Shown here: piece after piece, positions 25,659 through 38,900 of the stretch
Layout of the letters: every line of letters begins with the position of its first letter
How positions within the stretch are numbered: position 1 is the first letter of the stretch
Assembly: GCA_030704615.1 (NCBI GenBank)
Contig: CM060732.1
Location: 53,258,001 to 53,322,000 of the forward strand
Source: Takakia lepidozioides
Lineage: Eukaryota > Plantae > Bryophyta
Direction of reading: 5' to 3'
Length of the DNA stretch: 64,000 nucleotides
Program-made: the position numbers and the translations under genes
Notes under the pieces: model-generated
What the model was told of the DNA's origin: nothing
Databases searched by the model: none
What the model saw: the letters and a program-made list of their open reading frames with translations, nothing else

Positions 25659-26789
25659 AGGGAATTCCAAAAAGGCCTTGATGTGAAATGCATCGCAATT
25701 CACTTGATCACCCCCTAAAAGTGCGCAATTCAATTGAATTGCAAGGGCAATTCAATTGAACTAACCCTAATTTGCAATTCAATTGAATTGTCGGCACAGG
25801 ATTCAATTGAATTGTCAACTCGCAATTCAATTGAATCGCTAGTTGGCAATTCAATTGAATTGTAATCTATAATTTTTAACTTATTTTTTGTATATAATAT
25901 ATAATATATATGTACATGTATATATTCAAATTATATTTATACACATATAAGAGTATAAGCTAAAAATACATGTTGCCCGTCTATTCTTGCTGGCCCTCTT
26001 TCTTGTGCCCTTGAGGAAATTGTGGAGTAGTGAAGCCACCCTCAGCCTCAGCGAGAAAGGGAGAGCCAGAGACGGAGACAGATCAACACCTTCATGTGAT
26101 TCACTGGCAAAAGAAACATGGCTGGCTCCGAAAAAAACAGACAAAATCAAACCTGACAATTGATGAAAGGCTTCCCCCTGCATCACCATGTAGTCCCCTA
26201 ACACTAGTATCTCGCCCAGGACAAAGAAAACATAAAATATGTTCATCTTGAGAATTATCAAAAATTTCGATACCCTTACAAAGGTATCATGTTGAAGTTG
26301 GGATGTGTGTTCTATATACGTTTTATATATCAAACTCTTACACGTTGATACTCTTACATTGGTATCATGTTTGGTATATGTACATAGCCATATATTGGCA
26401 CCAACATCCACAAAGAGAGACAATCCCGCTTTTACAAGCGCGTCGTGACTTCCTCTCTCTCTCTCTCTCTCCCTCCCTCTCTCCTCTCCCCGAGGCTTAT
26501 CTTGGGCTCAAGCCTTACCACGGGCAAAGGATTGACAGACGGACAGCAAGAATAGACGGGCAACATGTATTTTTAGCTTATACCTGTGTATGTATATATG
26601 TATAATTTAAATATATATATATATATATATATATTATATACAGAAATAAGTTAAAAATTATAGATTACAATTCAATTGAATTGCGAATTGGCAATTCAAT
26701 TAGGGTTAGTTCAATTGAATTGCGCACTTTTAGGGGGTGATCAAGTGAATGGCGATGCATTTCACATCAAGGCCTTTTTGGAATTCCCT
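25659..26789. mobile_element. Foldback/long-TIR DNA transposon derivative
   Basis: Inverted arms 25659-25993 and 26543-26789 (gggaattccaaaaaggccttgatg...) with repeated CAATTCAATTGAATTG palindromes. Flanks AGACTCTA / AGACTCTC form an imperfect TSD. Confidence 0.85.
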
Positions 26790-27786
26790 AGACTCTCCTG
26801 ATATTAGTGGGACTTGGTGTTCAAATTTCCAATACCTCTGTATTTTATCGATAGTAAGGTGGTTTGGATGATAAAGTTCATAAATATGGAAAAGGTGGCT
26901 GTGTTAGGAGGGCAAAAGGGTGATTGCAGAGGAATGAAGATAAAAAGGGTGGTAGAGGTTTACAAAACAGAATGAAAATGTCACTTATTCATTTTTGGGG
27001 GATGAAAGGATACGTCGGCAAGTTGAGGACCTCTTGGACTATGTTTTAGATTCATTCGCCCAACACCCAATCCAGATCTCATATTCTCGCCACATATTTC
27101 GACCCTGTATTTTGTACCAGCGCCATACGTGCTCCTCTAAGGTTCTCAAGGACGCCACTTGTGCTACAATGTAAATACCTTAAAAGAAACGCTGAAGCTC
27201 ATGACATAAACTTTCTTCACATGATATATATATATATCCCTGCTGGTACAGTACCTCAATCAACTCCTACATATTGCAAGCAACCTTCAGAAAGTCCTTG
27301 GAAATCCTTAGAAGAAGAAGTCAAACCCCGGGGGCTCTGTATAGGATTTCTCTGTAATAAGACGGCGAGCAAACAACGAAGAAGAAACCCCTTCTGCAGA
27401 GAGTGACACGGCAGGCACGCCTCTGACGCGTACATGCGTGGATCCAGCTCACACGAATGAGCGCTGAGAGAGAAGGGACGACGAAGAAGCGGCTAAGTAT
27501 CTCAGATGCAGCTTTGTAACGTCCCACTCTGCCTTACCGTTTATCACTTCGTCTCTCCACTGTCCGGCCTGCATGTCGGCTTCGAGTGCTCCTGTCTGAC
27601 CCTGCTGTTGCTTGGGTGGCAGAGAATCTCGTGCAAAGCGTAGTTTGTATGGGTGCCTAGTGCCTGGTGGCCGTTGTTTGTATGCCTTGGGGTGAAGTGT
27701 GGGCCGAGCCTCTGTTGGGTTGTTGAAGTAGAGGGCGTTGTTGGGCGTCGTCGATTGAGAGGCTGGCAAGTGAGGAGAAGGGTGCA

Positions 27787-28996
27787 ATGGGGATAAGCAA
27801 CAATCTAACGGGGATTCTGAACTTCGTCACTACGGTGTTGTCCTTGCCAATCATCGGAGTGGGGATATGGCTGGCGACAAAGCATAACACAGACTGTGTG
27901 CGCTTTTTGCAATGGCCTATTATCATCATAGGCATCTTCATCTTAGTGGTATCCTTGGCAGGATTTGTGGGGGCGTGCTGGCGGGTATCCTGCTTGCTCT
28001 GGTTGTACCTCTTCGTCATGTTTCTGCTCATCCTTCTACTTTTTGTCTTCACCATCTTCGCGTTTGTAGTCACGAATTCTGGCGCAGGCCAGGCTACGAG
28101 TGGAAGGGGCTACAAGGAGTATAGGCTTGGCGATTATAGTCACTGGTTGCAGAAGCGCGTAGACAATGCAGGGAACTGGCAGAAGATCAGGAGTTGCCTC
28201 AGCGACGCCAAAGTGTGCAGCAACCTAGATGCGGAGTACCCCACCGCTAATTCCTTCAATGCAGCTCATCTCACACCTCTTCAGGTTTTTTTCCTTCTCT
28301 GTTACCTGCTCTGGTTTATGTTGATGTGTCATTCTCACCGCGACATGGAATGGTGGTGGTGATACCGTTGAGAATTCGTGGAACTGGGCTTGCATGGGAA
28401 CACCAAAAAGAGCTATGGTTGGCCTAGTGTCCTCGAATAGTAGACGTCTTTTCTGAAAGTGTTTGCCCCTCTCGCTGGGAGAGAGTCTCTAAATTAGTCT
28501 TCCGGACTATCATCTCCTTAGCAGCGGTGAAAACTCACCTAACCACTGCCTCTAGGGCAGTCCAGAATGTCTCTTTCTTGTACTCGCATGTGTCGGTGTT
28601 GTGAAAGGTTTTGTTCATTGTAACTACAACGTTGCGAATCATAGACTTGAAGGAGCCTGTAATTTGTGGTTTGTGCAGTCGGGATGTTGCAAGCCACCCT
28701 CGTCATGCGGTTTCACTTACGTCAACGCAACCGAATGGACCAAAACTGCTGCCACTTCAACAGACTCGGATTGCAGCACTTGGAGTAACACTGGAACAAG
28801 TCTCTGCTTTGACTGCAACTCATGCAAAGCCGGTGTGCTGCAAAACTTGAAGCAAGATTGGCGCAAGGTGGCAATTGTAAACATAGTGGTGCTGGTGTTT
28901 CTCATTATTGCATACTCCGTGGGTTGTTGTGCTTTCCGCAACGCGCGAAGGGCCGGTCACTACAGCGGGTATGGCAAAGGCCCTGGTTACCCTTGA
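27787..28996 (+). CDS. TET: Tetraspanin, 271 aa; exons 27787-28284, 28679-28996
   Basis: SNNLTGILNF N-terminus, four TM segments, YKEYRLGDYS, plant signature SGCCKPP, CxSCKAG and GCCAFRN. Phase-0 intron at PLQ|SGCC. Confidence 0.95.
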
Positions 28997-30563
28997 TTTT
29001 TTGATGAGTACACGTTTTCGGTCATGGTGAGTGGCTGTGTCTAAAAGGCATTGTTTCTTTGCAAGCAAGCCACGCACTTGTGTGGACCGAACTGCAGAAA
29101 GATGCGCTTCCTTCTTACAAAGACTGCAGGTGGGAGCTGTAAATACTGAACGTTTGTAGCGCTTCATTGGCAATTCTGATGACCAAAGCCACATTCTCGC
29201 TTGGACTGAACATTAGTTGTATCCTACTTCGGCAAGCTTGATTTTTTTCAAACACTATGCAGCAGGTAGAACTGCAACAGGAGTGGAGGCAGTGTAAAAG
29301 TATGGAGTGACTGAATGCAGAATATTGTCCAACCATCACTTTTTCGGTATTGTTTTCACTATTTGTTTGAGCAAGGACAACAAAACATGTAGTCCCTTGC
29401 AAACTCCCCATCACATGCTTGGATTGGCTTTTATTGTGGCAGTTTGGAACCAGTTGCTTTTGGGTCTAAGGCAATGCATTGTGTGTCGGTGATTTCATCT
29501 GGAACTAGACCAAGTCATGAGATAGTTTACAAGTACCAATCTATGTAGACACACCAAAGCTGCATCAGTACAAAGACTGTCACGTCACTTGCCATTCCGA
29601 TCCTTCGTCTCTGTACTGGAACTGTATACGTCCACACACTCTGTTTAATGGGTCAAGAGCCAGCTTGTGGGGCCTATCATTTTTTTAAACAGAAGATCGT
29701 TCCATCACCTTCCCACCTTAAGCATTTAAAGGAACTGCTCCAAATTCAACTTACCACGAAAGTGGAAACCTGAAATTTGAAAGTGGAAGATGGGGTCAGT
29801 GGTGGTGACCAGGGTGCAGAGATGTTTTATTCACTCTTTGGTATTGCAATGTGGGCCCTACCTTCACGAACCACCTTCAATGTTGCACGTCTGCTCTGGC
29901 ACTGTTCTCCCATTCAGAGTCGTGTCTGCAGTAGGAAGTTGCACATGACAGGATACCAGAGGTCTCATGTGGGGTCGTTATTCTTAGTCATCAGCTGCTT
30001 TGCAGAGAAAGTAAAAGATTTTTTCTTCATGGTATGTTGTGTTGGAGTCCCAACATGCAGATCTGAAGCCCTAGCCTAGCGTTTGCTTGAAAATCCGAAG
30101 CTTCGTCCCTGCCGCGTGGACGGAACGGAACCATGCAAATACATCAACGTCCGTCTATCAGGGCAGCACCGGTCCTTGTCCCATCCCTAATCAGTACCGG
30201 GGTCTGTGCATGCTGAGAGAAAAGGGCAGAGAGAAGACAACCAAAAACTCCCCCCTTGGATCATCAGAAAGCCCAGCAAGAGAGGGTGAAGGGCGGGACT
30301 GGAAGAGAGATAAGATTGATTGCATCAGAGACTCTTCTGAGTGAAAGGGGGGAGAGATAAGAGAGAGAGAGTGATACGAAGTTGATATCGTTGACGGAAA
30401 GCCAAAGCGCTTATGAGACTCAGGTCTACTGGTTTTACATGCTAAATATAATATAGCAATTCACACACCACATCGCAAAGTGGGGCCGACCTTGGGGGAC
30501 TGACAAACAGAACTTTGTCAAAGAGACAGGAACGGACGAGGGAGGTGATTATTTATAGCTGCC

Positions 30564-33500
30564 ATGGAGTACCGGCACTTGGGTCGCACAGGCCTGAAGG
30601 TGAGTGCGCTTAGCTATGGTGCATGGGTGAGTTTCGGCAACCAGCTGGATGTCAAGGATGCCAAGGTTCTTCTCTCCCGATGTCGTGAGGCAGGCGTCAA
30701 CTTCTTCGACAATGCCGAGGTGTATGCGAACGGGCGAGCTGAAGAGATTATGGGCTCCGCCATCAAGGAGCTCGGATGGAAACGATCTGACATTGTGGTG
30801 TCCACCAAGATTTTCTGGGGTGGACAGGGCCCCAATGACAAGGGTCTCTCCCGAAAGCACATTGTTGAAGGCTTAAAGGTGACTTATAAGATTGCATTAT
30901 GTTTTCTGAGCCAGAGATAAGTAATCTGTACTGAGACCTACCCTGGAATCGGATCCGGTTGTTGTACTGCCTTTACTCAGCAAACTCGCACTCTGTCTTG
31001 AAAAAATAACTTCTAGAGGATCTTTCCACGCTGGCACAGGAAGATCTATGAACTCGGATGTCCATGCCCGTTTTCTTGCCAGCAGTTAACCAAGATCTGC
31101 CATGTGTGGATCCAAGCAGGATGTCATGCCTAATTTCTATCTTTCTCAACCTCACTTACCAAGCACAGTCTGGGAAAGATCTCTCAAAATATCTTCGTAC
31201 AACTTGTTCATTTGTATTGCAGGCATCCCTCAAGCGCCTGGATATGGAGTATGTCGACCTCCTCTATTGCCACCGTCCGGATGTGTCCACCCCAATGGAG
31301 GAGACCGTGCGTGCCATGAACTGGGTTATTGACCAAGGGTGGGCATTTTACTGGGGAACAAGTGAATGGAGCGCACAGCAAATTACAGAGGCTTGGGAAG
31401 TGGCACACAAACTGGACCTTATCGGACCTGCAATGGAGCAACCGGAGTACAATCTCTTGGCCCGTGACAAGGTAACGTCTAATTCACCACAGTCTGCTCG
31501 GTAAGGAGAGGGTTGCTACAAACTATTCCTTATGTTCTGGTGTGCTTCCTCTCAAGGTAGCTGACCAGATGAGACCACCACCTTGAATAAATCTCATCCC
31601 AAGAAGTGAGATGTTGCACAACGTTGTATTTGAAATGACAGGAACACCAAGTCCTGAAGTGATGATTCTGCAAGGAGTGTGACTTTGCAATCTCATTATG
31701 CACCTTGTCTCTTGCTAGTGCTGATTTAAGAAATGGCGTGATACTCTTTGCAGGTAGAAGTGGAGTATGCGCCACTCTACAAGCGGTATGGGTTGGGCCT
31801 TACTACGTGGAGCCCATTAGCCTCTGGTGTGCTTTCTGGAAAGTATAGCAAAGGCAATGTCCCAGAAGGCAGCCGTTTTGCACTTGAAAACTACAAGGTT
31901 GGTTTTCTTCATTTCTTCGTTTCTAATTGTTTGCAAATTTAATAGCAGCTTTGGTTGGCTTGTGGTATTTTCCATCACCTGTGTCTTGAAATTGTATCAA
32001 ATACAATGTGGTTATCCATTACCCATGTCTACAATACATAACCTCTGACCAAGAGAAAATCCCAGCATCTGTTTCTCTGTTTCTTCAAAATCTTTGATGA
32101 ACGAGTGGAAATGGAAGAGCAAATGAAGGGCCTTTCCATGCTGGACTCTATGCTGAAGTCACTAAGTAGGGTAGCCTGCCTATCTCAGTACTGACTCCTG
32201 CTTCGTAATGCGGACCTAAATTTGACTTGGAGGAGCACCGCAAGTACCGAACCATGTTTCTGGTAGTGAAATACCAGAAGACCATGAAATCTTTTGCAAG
32301 CGTCATCTGCAGCATCAAGTTTTCACGGTCATATAGTTTTTCAAGTATTTTATCGGCACATTTGCGAAATTGTTCCAAGTGGAGAACATAAACCGATTGG
32401 AAAAACAAGAGCTGGAGAAGCACCTCATTACAAAACAACAGACATTACAGAAGACCTCAGAATATCGAATTTCAAAATTCCAAACCATTCCGTTTATTGG
32501 TTGAAGCACCTTCCCTTTTGAAGCTCTTTTACCATCTCTCCAGCCTGTGGGCTTATGGCCAGGATAGATTTTCTGAAACAATGCAGTTGGTATTCTTCAC
32601 AAATGAGCCTGCATATCTTACAGTGATTTGACCCAGGTAAGAGAAAGGGAACCCATGTGTCCACATTTTTTAGTGCATTGCAAATGGTATTCTTCTAAAA
32701 TTAGAGGCCCACAGCAATGCACGCAAAACCTGTCTCTGAACTAGGAGGTTTAGAGTTTCCAGTACTTGCTCTAGCCTCTCAAATTGGGTGAAAACCTTGG
32801 TATCAAAGTGAAGTATTTCTGGCAAATTTTTGGAAAGCCAAAATCAATTTACTCCCGAAGGGAGGTCCCACCTTGTTCTCCTCCCTTGCATCCAAATAGG
32901 GCGTAAGGATAACGGCAAGCGAAGTTATGAGTACATGATCTCAATATGTGGTTGTGTGCAGAGTCTGGCAAGCAGATCACTTGTGGATGATATTTTGACC
33001 AAAGTAGACGGATTGAAGCCGATTGCAGCACAGCTCGGAGTGCCCATGTCACAGTTGGCCATAGCATGGTGTGCATCCAACCCAAACATCAGCTCTGTCA
33101 TAACTGGCGCAACCAACGAGCATCAGGTAAGGCTAATCTTTTGTGCACAATCAGAGCTTCAATTAATGACACAATGCACTTGTTCTGAGATTGTCTTGAA
33201 TTTTGTCTCCAGTGGAATGCTAGGATGTTCTACTTAGTCATACAGAGAGGGAGACTCCTGTGAAGCAAGCATAACTTACAGTGTCACTGCACCCCGAAGT
33301 CATATAGATTATACACATCTCTTGAAGTTATTCGATTGGAAGGGCTTCTTACTGTAAGCATTGTTCTATAAGGTCTTATTAAGTGATTGCAATGTGGAGC
33401 CAATTCATTCTGCAATCAAGAACAGAGTCATTGTGTTTCAATTGATGGGTGAAAGCAAGATCATTCAATACCCCTAGTTGGATGGATACAGGTAATCGAG

Positions 33501-33605
33501 AACATGAAGTCGCTGGAGATTCTACCCAAGTTAACCCCTGATGTGTTGGAGAAGATTGAGGCGATCGTCAAAACCAAACCCAAACAACCAGACCAGTATA
33601 GATAA
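30564..33605 (+). CDS. KAB1: Aldo-keto reductase, voltage-gated K+ channel beta-subunit type, 328 aa; exons 30564-30878, 31223-31471, 31754-31897, 32962-33126, 33492-33605
   Basis: [70 protein letters not shown] introns, 987 nt in frame. Confidence 0.95.
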
Positions 33606-33899
33606 ACCATACACAGAAAAATTTGAAGGAGAGATGCTCAGAAAGCAGGAGGTAAACAGGAAAGACTTATAAGGTTTATTTATGTCTGCCAAGCTCAGTA
33701 GGAATGTGCCTTTTTTGTGAGGGTGCTGCAACTGCTGGATGGTTAAAAAGTCATTCATGACACGGGAAATAAAATTTTCTGGAGCTGGAAGATGGAACTA
33801 TGTATTCCCGAAAAGTATAACGTTGGCATCATCTACTGTTGTGATGAAAGTTTTTCAAAAGTTGTCTCCCCTCATTCAATATCTGTGACACGATCCCTG

Positions 33900-34130
33900 C
33901 ATAGTTTAGAGTCTAGCCCAAGTGCATAGACATGGCTTCCTCATTTCTGTCCAGTCTCCAGCAGGTGCTAGAGAAGAGAAATTCAAAGACATCAAGATCG
34001 TTGAGGCATTCTGTTGAACTCTTGGTGAGCATCCATGATGCTCCCGCACTTAACATACATGTTAACAAGGGTGCTGAGGAGAAAAACACCTTGCCTGCTG
34101 TATCCATGAACCTTCTGATTGATTTCTGGA
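33900..34130 (-). pseudogene. PLS-class PPR gene fragment
   Basis: Minus strand reads ..STLVNMYVKCGSIMDAHQEFNRMPQR.., nearly identical to 54460-54560. Truncated and frameshifted. Confidence 0.75.
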
Positions 34131-34646
34131 CAGTAGAGAAAGTAAACTTAGAAGAATCAAATCAAACATGGGCCATCAGTAAGAAAACATAAAACACCCA
34201 CTCCCTTGAAATAAAACCCAAAAAGGCACTGCAGAAAATAGGCTTCTAGGGTTTGCAGAGTGTATGGATGTAAAAGACGAGGTGGAGGTCAAAACCCGTA
34301 TGGGGAACGGAGAGTGACAAGAGAGAGACGACAGAGCGCATTAGGGTTGGGCAATGTTCACTGCCACACCGTCGGTAAAGCGCGAGCTCTCTTGTGCCCT
34401 TCTCTTTCGTCTTATGGGCTATGGTAGCACTCCAGCTCTAGCGGCAGCTGGAGAGACACCCTGCATCCCGCTGCTGCCTGGGCTGAGCGTAAGTTACCGA
34501 AACGGCCGCCAATCATGAGTGCAAGCCGGCCAACCTCACCTGCACGCAGTGTTAGTTGATATGGCTTAGAAATTCCAGTGTCCCATCCGCAGTCTAGGTC
34601 TTGAGGGCTTTTAGGCACATCAGGTCTCGGAAGTGGCTGCGAGGAA

Positions 34647-36799
34647 ATGGATCGAAGGCAGGGGCAGGGAGGGAGGGTGATGGACCGCATGGCTCAGGTA
34701 CGGGGGGGTGGGAGTCTTAGCCCAGCGCAGCAAGGACGCTTCCGCTCACATTTGACCCCTCCACAACGTGGTGCGTACTTGGAGCATTCTCAGCATGAGG
34801 AGCGTAGCGGTCAGGCATACAGAGCTCCTGCATACCCGGCATCACCACCCACTGCCATTCCCAGCCTGTCCTCTGGCCAGGGCTTCTACACTGTGGAATC
34901 GCTGTTGGGTGCTACGACGCTGCCTCCCCCAACACGCATGCCGGCCCTTCCCTTTCAAGACATGGGTGGCTATAGGCGAGGCAATCCTGGGCTCGCCCCT
35001 AAGGACTATCCGGATATGCTTGTAACTGGACGGCCTGCTCCTTACCCTGTCGAGCAGCCAGGCGTAGATTTCGATTTTGTGGATAATCAGATGTACAACG
35101 GACCTGGCGGGTACCCTGAACGTCCACCTTCTGCTGTGCATCATATTTCTGGCCCAGGCCCTGTCTTTGGATGGCCCCGGGAATGGGAACAAGGACGAGA
35201 TCGTCAGTGGGGATGGGATGAGAGGCGTGAGTACGAGCGCCAACAAGAGAGAGAGCCTCGTGTGAATGAGGTCAGTCTCCCTGGAAATCGTGGATATTTC
35301 CACTTCGGTGTCTTAGTTACTTCTGCAGACATCTGGTATTCGTAATTGATATCCATTAACATTAAGAACCAATAAATAGCTTCCCCTTTCATGGTTTTAA
35401 TATCAGCCGAGCCTTTTCAATCAGGCTGACATTCCCGATATACACTGTCCAATACGTGATAAAAGTTTTTTGTCAGCTCGTGGATGTCTCTTACTCAAGG
35501 ACTTGGTGATCTTGCAGTCCACGCAGTCTTCACTGATAATTGACTCCTGTGAACTATGAAGATGTGTGCATTGTACATTTTTCGTGTGAGACTGCACGCA
35601 GAAGTGAGCAATGATACTGTGGGATTGTCATTGGCCTGCAGACATCGTGTTCAGGGATTGCTAAATAAACCCTAATTTAATGAATCTCTCTCTTGAGATA
35701 TAGACTGATTACACATGATGTAGCATGGGGAGCGTTTTCAGTTGTCACGTAAGAAAGCACCTCAGTTTGTCTTAATTGAAGTAGCTGGATTAGTGCCCCT
35801 ATTTGTGATTCAACATCTTCTGTTTACTCATCTCCTGCATGTTTTATTAACATACTGAGCAATTCTGATATGTGTCCTAGAACAAGGTGGATCTGATTGT
35901 TGGTTACTCCGCCTTTAATTGATGGCCACCTGTAAGCTGGTCATTTTTATGCTGGATGAAAGGGGGACTATCGGTTACATGGCTTGGCCTTAGCTTGGAG
36001 TTGCTTGCTAAAAAGGGCTTATCTGTTGATTATGCAGAGGTTTCCAGATCGTGGACCTGCCAAGAAAGTGCGTCCCTTTCCCAAGAAGTTACCACCACAA
36101 CCTGCAAAGCACATTCCTATCCCAGGCAGCAAACTGAAAAAGAAGCCAGGAACAGTGACAGGACCTGGAGGGGCAGGTTGGTGTGCATTGTGTGAGGTGG
36201 AATGCAATACAGCTGACATGCTGCGCCAGCATCTTGCTGGCAAACGCCATCGCAGAAACGTGGTGAAGTTGGACACTGATTCAGAAGCAGGCCCACTTGA
36301 GGCCAATGGGTCCAAGAGCATGCCAACTGGCACCTCTGAACAGGTCTTAGATTCAGGAAAACGAAATTCCACATTGCAGAGTGGATCAGCTCATGAAGAT
36401 GTGGTGTTGAAGAAGCCACGGCTGATGGATCAATGTGACAAGGCCAATGAACTCTCTGTTGCTGGCATTGCCTCAGGTATGAAAAGACAACCTGCCTCAA
36501 CCTCAGCAATGTCACAAGTAGAGAAAATGGATGGCTATGGTAGTACTTCGGCTCAGCCAGAGAGGGACAAGAATGCAGGGAACGTGTTTTCTTCAGTATC
36601 TGGAGAGCAACATGACCTGGCTGTAAGCTGCAGGGATGTATCGCATAGCAAGACTATGGAGGCAGGTGACAAGATTGTGCAAGAGGTGCCCCTTAAGGGG
36701 TTGGGGGATGAGGGAGTTGAATTAGCTCATTGCAATGAGAGTGAGAGACAGCCAGAGCCACAGATTCTTGTGGAGAGAGTTGCAGGGAGCAGAAATTAG
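34647..36799 (+). CDS. U1/matrin-type C2H2 zinc-finger protein, ~461 aa; exons 34647-35270, 36038-36799
   Basis: Two long ORFs join in frame via GAG|gtcagt...tatgcag|AGG. Motif WCALCEVECNTADMLRQHLAGKRH; the rest is low-complexity P/G/R/E. Confidence 0.75.
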
Positions 36800-38419
36800 G
36801 CCTCTTGTAGGAAACATGGTTGAGACCATTTAAGAACGTCCTGACACAGTTTCAGCACGAAGGTTGATCGTAGACCAGTTATTGTGCTTCAATGTCTGCT
36901 ATGTGCACCTGTCCAGAAGTCACGGAATATTTTTCAACGGAGCCCTGACCTTCACACCATCTTCCTCAGCCTTCAAGATGCTCGATGAAATTTTGTTTCT
37001 ATACAATTTGACTAAATCAGGTTTGTGGACGTGTACTCTCCATGATGTCAAGAAAAAGATGAGGTCGGTGGTGGGATGTCTGCAGATTTGGAACCTGCAG
37101 TTTGTGGAGGATAAATACCTCTTCAGTAATTCTCCTGGAGTACATACACAATTTGTAAGGCCTACTGTAGACCACTGACAGCCATTGACAGACAGAAAAG
37201 TCAGTTGTAGGTCACAGGACTGGGCAGGCTTCAAACTCTAGAGAGTGAGTGTTTTATTTGGCAGTTAGTAGAGTTTCACATGCGTGGCGCTGTATCGACA
37301 TGTCGTGTATATCCTGCTTTTAGCCAGGTTGGTTTTGTGCATTGCAGCTCCTTATGTGGTTTGTCTGGGACTGGAACCCCAAAATGTCCATGCCAAATAA
37401 CAAATTATCCTTTTTATTTGAATGTTTGCGGGGCTTGGTGTCCATCGTTTACCAAGAAAGGTATCACTGGGGACCTCCTGTTGATTCCTGTGATGGTATT
37501 GGGCCACTCGTACACTCCTATGGTGGTATTTCACATACCAGTTCCTCTATCACGCATGTCTCGAGAATGCAAGTTGTTTCCTTGGAAACAAAAAGAGGTT
37601 GTATTCACCTGACCTGATGCAAACAAATAGGTCTTGGAGGTCTTGGGTCTTGGAGGTCTGGAGGTCTTGTAGATTGTAAGCATGTCATTGGCCAGCCTGT
37701 GGCTTGGAGTCTTTTCTATTTCACGGAAGTGCAGTTGTGCCACTCCTTTGTCTATGTCCCGATTGTCAGTTTTCATAGCTGTCCTTTCAGTGTTCTCCCA
37801 AACCTCCCAAAATGAGAAGGTTTTATAACACCTAGCCCATCTTGTGACAACTGGTTGGTCCGGTTGCACATACAGTCGTCACTCAAGCAAGCATCATCGC
37901 CAGATGTTGAGGACCAGTTATTGTACCCTAGAGTACCTTTCCTGGGCGATTACCTTCCTCTAACCAGTGGATCAAATAAATGCCGGAGCACCAGTATCTC
38001 TGACCAAGTGCCCAAGTTTGCTCCATCCTTACCCAACTCCATCCTTAATAGTCCCAACCCTTTTAACCCTCACATTATTACAAATAAAGGACGAGTCATC
38101 CACCTGAGCAGCCAAAGCTTGATTGGCAAGTTGAGTGAGAGAGAGTGGTGGGAAGGTAAATTATATAGGTTTGCAAGGGCAACAGAGATCACATGGGGCT
38201 TTACATGTTGGCCTTCTGGCAATCTTGCAATGGAGAGAAAGGAAAGAGAGAAGATGCAGTTCATGACCTCTACTTGCCAAGTTATGAGGGCTATTCTTAT
38301 GGGATATAACTCCTAGGGTCAGTTGTGGGATATGGAAGCTTAGTCTGACAATCCAACCTAGGGGGATAACCTCATATCCAATCCACAACTCCAAACTTGT
38401 GAAACCAGTTGTACTGATT

Positions 38420-38900
38420 GGACTACTAGCCACACCAACTTCCACGCCTACACGACAAGTTCATCCGGTTCTGCCCACAAGCAACGACCAGTTTCTTACT
38501 CGAGTAGCAAAGAGAAAAAGGAGTGCTCCAGATCTTGCATACAAAACATGTATTGGGCACGTACCCGGCCTCCTTCATCAGCCCAGACAATTCTTCAGCA
38601 TTGTTGATGTAATTTTTCTTCTGTCGCGAACGTATATGATGCTGCACTTCCATACAACAGCACGCTGGATCCTCTCTAAAACCTCCGTCGGTCTGCATCA
38701 TTCGTGTGGATCATACTGTCAGAAGGCATCCTGCCACACCTGGTGCGGTACCTCCACATTGCCAGGAATTCTGCCGGCACCCAGCAAAGCTCCACACACC
38801 CCAGTGTCTCGCTCTATCGGAATTTGCAGATTTAAAGCATGCACTTGCTAAGAGGATGGTGTCAAATAAATTTAGGTGCATGAGAAGAATACCTAACGTA
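38420..38900 (-). pseudogene. PPR E+/DYW-domain fragment
   Basis: REDPACCCMEV (E-domain-like), LSGLMKEAGYVPNT and LCYSSKKLVVACG (decayed HSEKLA). Frameshifted. Confidence 0.7.

Noticed and set aside
29200-29211. miR319-like cttggactgaa
   Set aside because: Only 11 nt match, no precursor hairpin, and it lies in the probable tetraspanin 3' UTR.
37600-38400. Additional L1 fragment on the minus strand
   Set aside because: Only a weak W..W motif was seen; too little to call.
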